Shown here in pieces: positions 1 to 11,350 of a stretch of 64,000 bases of DNA. The stretch's first letter is position 1. Every line of letters starts with the position of its first letter. The DNA comes from Hyphochytrium catenoides (lineage: Eukaryota; Protista; Hyphochytriomycota), in assembly GCA_900088475.1 (NCBI GenBank), contig FLMG01004571.1, forward strand, positions 62,001 to 126,000, in the 5' to 3' direction. The notes under the pieces were generated by a model, which did no database searches, was not told where the DNA came from, and saw only the letters and a program-made list of their open reading frames with translations. Both the position numbers and the translations under genes were made by a program.

Positions 1-1985
1 AGACTATCTGCCCATGTGGGAGCAGTGTCGAGGGTCAAAAACCCTATAGACTTAGCCTGCGCACTCTTGAGGCGCTACAAGAAGGTATCAATGCTGAGCA
101 ATGAATTGGGCCCTCTTCGTCCACACTTGGCTAGGTTTAGACATGTCCATCCGAACCACACTATAGTTGAGGGGCTCATCTCTTTGTCCGTTTGCCTGTC
201 TCTTTCCAGCGTTGGTTTTTCGTAGAGCTTGATAGTTCTCATTTGTCTCTCAGTTTACTCTCGCTCGCATGACACACGTTTGTCCTCTTCACTTCGAATT
301 TGGAATATTACCTTCGTCTCACGTTTCTTACTAAGGCCTCTGGACCTACTCGTACCCTATAGAGATATGATCTCATTCCTGCATTCGTTTATGTCTTTCG
401 GTGCTCTCAGTTGACACTCTGCCCCTTGTATGGTCCGACTTCCACTCTATGCCAATACCGGGATGTATAGGGAAGACGCTCACTTGATAGAGTATCTCCC
501 TTGTTTCTTGGCGGTGCTGGTGCCACCTCCTGGGCCAAGAGGCATGACGTGAAGATTTTAAAAGACAAGAATGCGCTGGTATGTAAGCAAGATATCTTAG
601 AGGTAAGCCCGACCTAACCTTCGAATCTCGCCTTTCACCAAGGTCTCTCCTCCAGCGATGAGAGCTTGGCAACACTACCAGGGCCTCCTCGCAGAAGAGG
701 AGAACGGAAGTGGACAGAGTAGGAGAAAAAGAAGGAGACAGGAAGGCACTGCCAAGAGGAAAGAGGTGCAAGGGAAGATGATGGATACGGTGGGGGCAAT
801 CTGCATCGACAGCCGTGGAAGGGTGGCTGCCGGTATGCAGCGCTCATCTACTGCCTACATATCCTATACATGTTGCCTAACCGATGGGCCCCTCCTCCTC
901 TCGGCCCTTCATGACTACCCATCACTACTCCTAGCGCCTTAGTTCCTTAGGCCCTATAGCAATGTCTTGGACCTACTCTTGCCGCCTAACGCACATTCGT
1001 TTCATCCTTGCGCCCTCTCGTCGTAACCTATCTCATAGGAGTATCCAGCGGCGGCATTGCGATGAAGTCTTCGGGGCGTATCGGCCATGCCGCCTGTCGA
1101 GGAGCAGGATGCTGGGCTCAAGATGGCTCTCTCTCCTCTCCAGGAATCAGCGTCTCCACGTCAGGTAATAGAAAACTTCTTTATGGCTGCAGCGTGTTGG
1201 GGATCAAGCTGCAACGAAGCAACCCGGCTGTTCCATACAAACTCTCTAGCCATGGTCTCGGAGATGAAAAGCGTTGGTGGAAAGAGAGCAGATATGGATA
1301 GGGGATAATGAACCGAAGAAGTTCCATGAAAGTTCCTAACTGTTGGGAATGACTAAGCGGAAAGCGAGAGGATGAAGGAGCTAGAACAGGTGAGAGCTAA
1401 GCTGCTCGTCAAACCGTCCAGGCTGCGGAGAGGAAATCATGCACTCAATGCTCGCGATGAGATGTGCAGAAATAATCCAGCAGGCACAAGGGGATGAGCT
1501 GCGGTACGTTGATCAAATTGCGTTCAAGGATCATCTATCTGATAGGCTTTGTGTCAAACTGTGTCGTCCTACTCCTGTCAGGCGAAAAGAAATAGAGGCT
1601 TTTTTCCAAGATGGGAACGCAGAGGCTGGGATAATTGGATTAATCGCCGATAAAGGTACAATTCATAACAGAAAAGAAGCGAAGGGAAGGGAGTTGGATG
1701 GTCAAAGTGCATCCTGTTAGACGTAACTTATTCTTCCTGTCCGCTCACTCAATTTTTCTGAAGGGACGATTAAGGGCTTTGCAGCTCATGTCACACCCAG
1801 CTTCGGTGTGGGATACTGCTCAAGCGTGAGCCCTCAACCTTCAGTGAGTGCCGCGGTTCTAACCTCAAGTGGCTCTCCATCTCATAACTGACGGCCTTTG
1901 TCTTCAGACCAGCATTCTTAGAAGCGTAAAGGGCGAAAATCCGGTGGTCTTCAGAATGCTAGAGCTGTCGCCACCACCAGCCTAG
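1..1985 (+). CDS. TASP1: Threonine aspartase 1 (taspase-1; Ntn-hydrolase, asparaginase-2 family), 5' end outside window, multi-exon
   Basis: Spliced exons give GAVSRVKNPIDLA, LFLGGAGATSWA, autocleavage site MMD|[53 protein letters not shown] and AHVTPSFGVGY. GT-AG junctions; stop TAG 1983-1985. Confidence 0.9.
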
Positions 1986-2053
1986 GCGTCGCGGCAGAAT
2001 ACTGGCCTTTCATCTGCATCTGTCTGGGAAAATGTTAGCAGTCTGGGGAGGTT

Positions 2054-4536
2054 TTACCAGTGCTTGTCTGAAGATGCACTGTCTCCAAGAGCTACTCCTG
2101 GTACCACGATGGGCTTGTCGACATGGAAGCGATGGCATTCCTGGTAGAAGTTCCTTGGAATCAGCTTCGACAAGAAACGCTAGGCGTCATGAAGGCGAAC
2201 ACGTGTCAGTCATGGAGAGCAAGAGGTGATGAGAAAGCATCAGCAAGCTGGCGGCAGAAGACAGTTAGATGAGCGCATTTTGCATCTAATAATTGATAGA
2301 GGCCGTGGGCTTAAAACGAGCTCAATAGAAAATATTGCGGTCTGAACAAGCAACAGGCCGAGAAAGGAACAAGCATCGATTGGACAAGGAACTCACCTCC
2401 AAGTCAGTTAATGACACCAGGCCTTGCTCATCAGCCTCTGGTAGCTTGATGACATTCCAATTATAAAGTATGCGCACGGCATAGTCGTCTCTACCGCTGT
2501 CCTTACTGGAGGAAGAAGCAGAAGGCTCTTTTCGATAGAGTTCGAAGACGACATTAGCAGCATAAGGCGGCCAGTGTGGCTCATAAGCGCCTAAAGCCTT
2601 GAGTAGGGGTAGAATGGTGGTGTCGTGGCCCGAGTAGATATAGAGCTGGCGCTCGTCGTCGCCGTGAATAATATTCTCCATTCTAGAATAAGTGCCAGGA
2701 TAATGCCAAGTCAGACAATAATACGGAGACGACTGTCCTGTATAGAAGCATCACCCATGGCTTCCGCTAAGACAGCTAGATGAGGATGGAAAGACAATGC
2801 CAGACCTGTTCAGTAACTCGCCGAGAAGCCCTCCTATTGAGAGCTTCAGGAGCTCGACACCCTCCCTGGTCTCTCCGTCACCCACTAGCCCAGAGATGTC
2901 GTGCACTGCGATTTCTCTAAGATACACACGAATTGGCTCGCGGCAAGTGGTGCATTGGCAGAAGACATGCGAAGGGAGAGAGAGAGGAAGATGGACATTC
3001 TTCACCTTCTACTAGGATGGAGGTCCTCATGGCAAAGACCGGCAAGCTACACACTAAGCAAAAGGAAAATAGATAGAGTTCTACATAGGACGAGAGGACG
3101 GGGAAAGTAGGGCCAGAAGTACAAAGAGCACTTACCTCACTTGGGCGACAAGATCATGCGTCACTCCTGGCGGTAGTGCTTTGCCGTGAGCCACCCGAGA
3201 GGAAAAGATGTCATTCAGAGCGATGGCGTCCAGCTTCAGCTCCGAGGTGCCCAGCAAGCGGTTCATCTTCTCCAAAACGGAAGCGGAGTTAGAGTGGGCG
3301 ACTTGCTCACTATGCACACAGAACAATGGTTGTCAGCAATCAGCTCACGCAGCCAGAGAAGACGAAAGATTTCTTTCACATAGCTATCTCTCCTCCCCTC
3401 CCTTTCAGATATCTCTCGTGACCTCCTCCTCTGCTTTCATAGTCTCTTTCGTTGAACAAATGGCCCGCAGCTAAGCGCGCGTTCTTTCTGTTTCTAACGT
3501 TTTATCTCTGACAATTGATCGTTTGGTGACCCCTTTCTCTGTTTCATGGTCCTTTCGTAGCTCTGCCTCATTACCTCCTTCTCTTCTTCACGAGAAATAA
3601 GAGCTGCGGGCAGTGTCTTCCATTAGGATACACCCACTCAGCTTCATCCTGGACGGTGCGCACTGCTACCGTCCCTTCTTGTCCAGGATAAAGACCCACC
3701 AACGTCCCGTGTGCACTCTCAATAGTGCGCGATAGATTGGAGCTTCGCACTGAAAGCTCTGTTGGGACGAGGGAGGGAGAAAGGAGCCTGGTCTGTTCAA
3801 CATAGCGTCTATTCAACGCAAGAACAGCAATAGAAAATTGCAGAGTAAAGAAGGGTTAGGCCGTACACAATGAACCGCACGTGGAAGAGAGATAGTCCCG
3901 GGAGGAAGGAACGAAGATGGAGAGCGCCCAGGCCCAGTGAGAAATGGGAAGTGACAGAGAGACAAGATTAGGTGAGCGACAGGACCACGGTGAGAGAGAA
4001 GTCGGTCGGCCTGGCAAGTTAGAAGGGAAAAGAGAGTCACAGACCAAGCGGGGAACAAAGCGGGACAGAGTCATAGAGCGATGAGGAGTGGACAGTAGAG
4101 CTAGAGAAGCGTACCGGCGGAGCTCTTCACCTAACTCCACCGTCTGCCGCCATCCCAGGTCTGACAATTGTCCACTATGGCATCCTCCAGGGAGACTCTT
4201 CGCTCTCTGTCTCGCATCAATCTTCGATGGCGGTCGAGGATGGCCATCTATCTTAAGGATCTGTATCGATGGCTTCATCTGCTGGTTGAACTCTCGTTCC
4301 TTTCCGCAGACGTCCCACTGCACTTCTTCCTGATTTGGAAGTGAGTTCAGCGGACTTCGAGCGCCATGTCGAAGCACCACTTGCACGTGTACGAGCTGGT
4401 ACTTTGACCCATTGGAGGAGAGAGGAGAAACTCGTAAAGGGCCTTCTCTCTTCTCACAGTGACTGAGAATAGATCCTCCGGAGAGCAGGGCGGTGAGGGA
4501 GACGATCCCAGAGCGAACTAAGCAGGCGCGTTGCAT
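2054..4536 (-). CDS. ACP6: Histidine acid phosphatase, ACP6 (lysophosphatidic acid phosphatase type 6)-like, multi-exon
   Basis: VQVVLRHGARSP (RHGxRxP), GQLSDLGWRQ, VRSSNLSRTIESA, YSGHDTT (HD motif), WPPYAANVVFELY. Last exon reads RFLSKLIPRNFYQEC...KHW*. N-terminus looks like a targeting sequence. Confidence 0.85.
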
Positions 4537-4844
4537 TATAACGCGCCGAAGGTTACGTACACGAAGCTTCCTTTCTTAAGCTTTTGAGGTGCTAAGTGGC
4601 ACTGACCCCAAGACGCCGCTGCTCCGACCTCCGCTGACAATAGCTGATGATGTCAGTGAAGGGAGCCCCAGGCCTTGATCCGCTAGTGAGAGAGAGACGA
4701 TGGGGACACTGAGGAGGTCTTCTTGAGTTTACCGCTCACCCTGTCTCTTCATCAAGAGAGAGAGAGATGGAGGATTGCGTGGCCCCAGGCTCTGAAGAGA
4801 CAAAGTGATGACCAACACTTCGGAGACCCGTGACAAGAAAGAGC

Positions 4845-4881
4845 GAGCGTGAGAGAGAGGCGTGAGAAAGAGAGAGAGCGT

Positions 4882-4912
<31 letters not shown>

Positions 4913-4921
4913 CGTGAGTGA

Positions 4922-4959
<38 letters not shown>

Positions 4960-5235
4960 GTGAGTGAGAGAGAGAGAGACAAAGAGAGAGAGAGAGAGAG
5001 GGAGCAGAGAGACAGAGAAAGAGAGAGAGAGGGAGACAGAGAGACAGAGAGACAGAGAGAGACAGAGAGAGACAGAGAGAGAGGGGGAGACAGAGAGACA
5101 GAGAGAGAGAGAGAGACAGAGAGAGACAGAGAAAGAGAAAGAGAGTACGACAGCAAGGGTTGGGGAAAGAGAAAGAACGGAAAAGAGAAGAAGGAAGAGA
5201 AAGAGAGAGAGAGAGAGAGAAAAGAGAAGAGGTGA
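4845..5235. repeat. (GA)n microsatellite with interspersed GAGCGTGAGT and GAGACA variant units
   Basis: Directly visible; produces spurious ER/SL ORFs. Confidence 0.95.
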
Positions 5236-7685
5236 CAAAGAGAAAGAAAGACAGGGAAACTGAGATGAGGGAAGAGGTAGATTGTTAATTATTGCTATCT
5301 ACCGCCGTATCTACCAGTACATAACTTCCCTTCCCCAACACCACAACAACCATAGTATTGTTTCTCCGAGAAATATATTGCAAGCTTGTGTACAACTTAT
5401 CACACGCTGGTATTTACCGAGAAGGTCCCACTTGTCAATGAGCAACAAGGTCGTTCCTCCTCATCTCTTCTTCTTTTGCTGCTCCATCATCGTCTTCTAC
5501 CCTTTTCCTCCCTGATCATCATCACTCAGCCACTATTGCCTGCACCAGCCAGGGGGACACTAACAGGAAGGTATTCCTCCTCTTACTACTGCTAGCGGTA
5601 GTAGGCAGAGGGAAAGGAAGGGCATCCTCTCATGGGTGGGGCGAGGGAATGACTGGGCAGTTGAAAGAAGACAGACCGACCTGCTTGTGCCTCTCTAGGG
5701 AGTGGTGCTTGTTTCTTTCTTGGGTGGAGGAAGGAGAGGAGGAAAAGGGACGAGAAGGCGGCAGCAACCTTCAACCATCAGAGAAGAGGTGCATCTTTCA
5801 CTCCCGAAGAAGCCCTCGTTTCTTCTTCGGTCGTTCATGTCGTGATTAGATAAAAGGTGTATCTTCTTCGTTCTTCCCTTAGATCATTCAACCACTCAGT
5901 CATGTAACAATAAGAGGGCTGTGCTTGCTCTCTTTGTGATGGGCCAGCGAGATCATGGCCAAGTAATAAACTTCTTGCTGATAGAAGGAAGAGGAGGTAG
6001 TACAGGTCATTCTCATAAGAATGCGATACGCAGCAGAGTAGAATAACACGGCTGCTACGACAGCGTGGAAGAGCAGCAGCAGCGTCTCCTACAGCGTTAT
6101 ATTATACAACCTCAGGTCCTTTAGGGCGGCCTATATGGAAGGGAGTCGATAACTCGATGTGAGCGTTCGGAAGACGCCTCCAGAAGAAAGCCAAGCAACA
6201 CTTCGCCTATGCATTTTTATTATCTGTCACTTAGTTGTTGCATCTCGCTTCACCTGTGGATGGGCGGTGATGGAGGAGGGAGCACCGCCGAGAGGGCTTC
6301 CTTCGTCCGTCTTAGTAGCGCCAGTAATTGAAGGACGTCAGAAAATAAGGTAGCTATATCATCACCCCTACCATGCACCACCGCCACCACGAGAGCACGG
6401 TTCTTGCTATCGAGGAGGATGAGGGACCTACTACAGCCAGGAGGTAATGGACGGAAAGATCACTGATAATTGACCAGAGAAAGTAATTCCTCCTTCTTTT
6501 GATCTTCTCTCTCACACTATTATGCTCCTCCTTCCACCTATTCCTTGCTGCATGTTTAGTCTCCTCGGTTAGTTAGCCACTCTTTTCTTATGTCTCTTTT
6601 TCGTTAGCTGATGATCCGCAGACATGGAGAAGGAAGAATGAGGAGGAGGCCACGACGCGGTCGCCAGCAGCGCGCCACCACCTCTCGTGCCGCAGCATCC
6701 TCTATTATATATACTCCGGAGTATTCTCCTTAACGGAAGCTTGTAGTACTTCTTGGGGTGGGAAATCCTAAAAATAATAGAAAGAGAAGAGAGAAGAACA
6801 ATTGCCACTTTATCTTCCTCCTGTGTACCTGCCAAAGCTGGTCGCCTATCTGTCCTACCGCCTCACACTACTTCTTCCTGGATAACGAAGGTCAACTCTG
6901 CACCCATCGTCACTTTTTGGGGAGGAGACCTCCTACTGCATGAAGTAGTAGCGGTGGCAGTCTCTTCATTTAGAAATGCGGCCTAAGTCATGATTAAGGT
7001 CCCATCATGTACCCGACAGAAAGAGTTAAACGTCAATGAATGCAAGAGAGCTGGGGAAGATCGAATGATTTGACTCAGCCTTAATAAGGTCTCCTCAACA
7101 CAATCTTCTGGGAGAGGAGGGTGCCCGTCAGAACATCAACTAACCTTTACCTCGCAGGGACATCAAGCATCGCCCCCACCTCTTGCTGCTGCCTTCCAAT
7201 TAGCAGGGAACAAAGAAAGACATCCAAATCGGCAGCAAAAAGGAGGAGGAGGTGGAGGAGGAAAGGAAGAAGACGACGACAAAGGAGACGACGGCAGCGA
7301 ACAAAAGCCGGATGGATAATAAAGCAGTGGGGGAAAGAGCAGCAAGAGGAAGAAGAGAGACGACGAAATATCCAGCGATGATGGCAAGAGGAGGGCGAGT
7401 GAGGAAAAAGGAGGCACATAAGGCACTGTGGGAGGCTGTATGCAACCCTCCCGGCATCCAACGGCGGCGGCGGCGGAGCCTCAGCGGCAGGAGAAAGAAA
7501 GAAGCTGAAGAAGCGAGCGAGGGTGTTCGCCATCCAGTCCCCGCCGCCGCTTCATCAGCAGCGGGAAGAGCAAAGGTATTGATCGCACTTTTTGGTGAGG
7601 AAAGATGAAGGGCTTTTTTTGACAAGGGATTCAATTATCTGTAATAAGAGACAGTTGCTATTGGAATATAACGTGTCTGTAGTAT

Positions 7686-7983
7686 GCTTATTCTTAACGC
7701 TTAAGAACCGTTTTGACATTTTTAAGCCTTTGTTAATTGTGTGAATTTAAACCTTCGTCTCTCCTACCAACCTGTCCAAAGAGAATATTGTCTCGTGTTT
7801 ATTAACTTTGTCAATATTGAGGCAGGGACATTTTGCAATATTCCCCTCACAGAAATTGGGGGACTTTTTTTTTACGGTAGCTTTCAGAAGGAAGGAAATT
7901 TATTGTATAAAGACACAGCTTTCTCTGTTGGCGAATATTTCCGACAGGTTGAAGCTTTCGTGCCCAAACGTCTAAGAATAAGC
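7686..7983. mobile_element. Possible ~300 bp MITE-like non-autonomous element
   Basis: AT-rich island bounded by imperfect inverted repeats GCTTATTCTTAACG (7686-7699) and CGTCTAAGAATAAGC (7969-7983); no clear target-site duplication. Confidence 0.35.
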
Positions 7984-8009
7984 CCCTCTCCCTTCCTCTT
8001 CCCCATCAA

Positions 8010-8136
8010 CACCCTCTTCTCTCTCTCCTCTCTGTCTCTCTCTCTCTCTGTTCGCTCTCTCTCTCTCTTTCTCTCTCTCTCTTCTCTCTCCCTCACTCTC
8101 TCCCTCACTTTCCTTTCTCTCCTACTCTCTCTGTCT

Positions 8137-8177
<41 letters not shown>

Positions 8178-8200
8178 CCATTTCCTCTTCCTCTCTATTC
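8010..8200. repeat. (CT)n microsatellite upstream of the ATP-grasp gene
   Basis: Directly visible. Confidence 0.95.
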
Positions 8201-8878
8201 CCTTTCTCTCGGTTCTGATAGGGAAGTTCCGTTTCCCATCAAGAGCCAGAGAGTTGCTCTCTCCAAGATTGTTGATGTGTCCTCTCTCTCCCATCATCCT
8301 GGTCGCCTCCTTACCTCCTCCTCCTTTCCCTTCTCCCTCCCAGTGAGTCAAGTGCTGAGCTCTTCCCTCTCTCTCTCCTCTCTCCTTCTTCCCTTCGTCG
8401 CTTGCTCTCGCTGTCGGCAAGTGGAGAGAGAGAGTCAAGAGAAGTGAGGAAGAGCCCATCCTTCTTCCCACAAGCCGAGACATGGGATGGAGGAGAACAA
8501 AGAGCAGGAGAGAAATCTCGTCCTTCTTCTTCCACCTGCTTGCCTGTTATTTTCTTTAGAGCCAATGGAAACAGATGCGAAAGATAGTGCCCGGCGAGAA
8601 GAAGAGAGAGAGAGAGAGAGAGAGAGAGATTGGACCAATGCTTCCGCCTATCCTTTACCTCATTAGCCTCCATGACTTGCACCTCAGCGCCAAGCTCGTG
8701 CTGTCGCCGAACATGATCTTCTTGAAGGAGAGGTCGATCTGATGCGCCAGAAGGCAGTTTTCTATCTAAGCGATAAGCATTCTATCTCTCCTCATCAGGA
8801 GAGTGATATCTCTTTTGTCTCTTTCTTGGGTGCTTTCTCTCTCGCGTTCGCTCTCTGTGCAACTAAACAAAAGGAGAA

Positions 8879-10692
8879 ATGTGTCAGCATCCTGTCTCTG
8901 ATCGCAGACGAGCAGATCCAACTGGTATCGAGCAGTTAAGAGGGAAGACACTTCTGTTAGTCATCTGTGGCGGAAAGACACGAGAAGACATCCTCTCCCT
9001 CTTTAAAAGGCTAGGGTTGCGGCTACTCTGCCTCGACGTGGAGAAGAAAGAGTGGGCATGCAAGTACATTTCAGAGTGGATCATAGGCCCTGCTCAAGAT
9101 AAAGAACAGGCTTTAGAGACCTTGAGAGAGCACTTTGGTCTCGGAGAACACGGAAACCTCGTACCAGAGAACACCGATGACAAAGTCCCGCTTTCTCCCA
9201 CCTCTCATCTCTCGCCCTCTCTTACCGCTGCCCTCTCCTCGCCCCGTCGTCCTCCCTTTGACGCTGTATACTCCTACGATGAGTTCGGAGTGGAGACTGC
9301 AAGTTGGATAGCAGAGAGCCTTGGGCTACACTGCATTCCCCATGACATTGTAAGCGTAGTGAGGGACAAGTACTCCTTCCGCGCGCTCTGTCAAAGCCAT
9401 GGCATCCGGGTTCCTAGGCACTTCAGAGGAAGACTTGACCAGCAGGATGGAGAAGAGCTAGCAAGTGGGAGAGAAGGAGCGAGAAAGGCCCTGGAGGAGC
9501 GATTGCGAGCGACGTTAAGGGAGAAAGAGATGACCTTTCCTCTAGTCTTCAAGCCTACTAAGGGAGGAGGAAGTAGGCTCGTAAGGAAATGCTGGACGCT
9601 CTCTGAGCTCTGCGAGACAGTCCGTGAGTTCTATATGGAGGCCAAGACTCAGATGATGAAGGATTTCCACCTGACAGAAGAGGACTGCGACCAGTGGATG
9701 GTTGAGGAGTTTATACCTGGTAACGAGGTAGATGTGGACTGCATTGTGCAGGTAAGATCTGGGTCTTGCCTCTCCTAACCTTTCCAAGGTACTTTTATTG
9801 CTTTGGCGTGCAGCTCCTCCTCTCCGTTTGAATCTTACGGAGTAGACCTGTGAATTTGGTCTCATTTCATGCAATCTCTCTCTTCCCACTCTGCCTCTCT
9901 TCACCTTCACCCTTTCCGTGCCTCTAGCCCTAGCGGCTCGTGGCCTGCGTACCTATCCTTTGAACCTGTGTGCTTAAGCCTCACTTCTAACTCTTTCCCT
10001 CGTCTCTCTCTTCTTTGCTCGTCTTTTCGATTCCCGGCCTTCGGTTCCCAACCTCACATCTTTCGCAGGAAGGACAGCTTCTCTTCTTATCGATCAGCGA
10101 CAATAAGGGACACAATGACAAAGAGATCTTCTTCATGGAGAAAGGAGGGTCCTGCCCTTCAGTGCTCCCTTCTGAGTCTCAAGATGCCCTCCGGACCTTG
10201 ACATCAGACGTTCTTCGCATGTTTGGGAACAGATTTAGCGGAGTGATTCACTTTGAAGCCAAAGTGGCACATAGAGAAGCGTTTCCAATAGAGTTGAACC
10301 TCAGGATAGGCGGAGCAGAGACCTACACGATGGTGAAGACCGCATGGGATGTAGATTTAGCTGAAGCAGCAGTCATGTTGGCGTTTGGCCTGCCTCTTCC
10401 ACCCACGAAGTATCCGTCAGATGCCAAAAGGCACGCAGCTAGCATCAATTACGTGCCCGACTGGAAAGGGAAGGGCCGCTTGGGACCAATCTTGGTGGAT
10501 AGCGCGCTATATCGCGATCCCAGCTTTGTGAAGCAAGTCTTTTACTTCGGCCAAGGAGATGTTTTGCGGTGTCCTCCCGCAAATTTTGATTATCTGGGGT
10601 GGTGCGTGGCAAAAGGACCGTCCCCTGATATTGCGGAAGAGAACTTAGGAAGGTTGACCAGACTTGTAAGCTTCAGTTTGTCTCCCTTATAA
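8879..10692 (+). CDS. ATP-grasp domain peptide/amide ligase (carnosine-synthase / L-amino-acid-ligase-like); true start unresolved
   Basis: DAVYSYDEFGV, VRDKYSFR, FPLVFKPTKGGGSRLVRK, WMVEEFIPGNEVDVD, GVIHFEAK, PIELNLRIGG. One GT-AG intron (about 9752-10068) joins ORFs 8879 and 10015. Confidence 0.85.
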
Positions 10693-11350
10693 GCTAGCGT
10701 CCCAGAAAAATCGAAGAAGGATTGGAGAGACCAAAGGCTTTGCCGTTCCTATTCATCTCTTTGGAAAGCATTCTTTTAGTAGTGGAACGCCACACCGTTT
10801 GTATCTATGTACATAGCCCTGCTTGCCCTCTTGTACACTAAGGAAAAATCAAGCAGTACTCAGACTGTTCACGAAGAGATACCATTTGCGTCTGTTCCGC
10901 GATAAAGCTATCCGAGTCTGAGAGGGAGATAATGAGCAAAAAGATTCACGCTCTATGAATTAGATAGGTATATCAGTGGTCCTTAGGAGATCAGGAGCCG
11001 GGACTTTAGCTGTGGCATACTGGCCACACATTGGCAGTAAATTAGCTGTCTCGCCCTCAGAAGAGCAGACACACAGCTTTTCTAAAAAGCAAACAGCAGG
11101 AAAGGAAAGGACAGAAGAGAGAAAAAAGGAAGTTTGATTGGCAGATAAGAGAGATTATTGCCTCTGCACTACACGCCAGTCGTCCGTTGAGGGGAACAAT
11201 AGCCCCGCGATGGTGGGAAGAAGAGCGAATGAAGGAATAAGCGCAGTCCTCCTCCAAAGGTGAACGATGGTTAAGAGAGGATGTTAATGACCCAGGGAGA
11301 GGAATCCGTGTGTCAAATTATGAAGGAAGAATAGCCAAGGACCAATGAGA

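Noticed and set aside
4729-5263. Long ORFs of alternating SL or ER residues (also about 7741-8483, 15952-17079, 20473-20848, 27971-28429, 57505-57903)
   Set aside because: Translations of (CT)n/(GA)n microsatellites, not genes.
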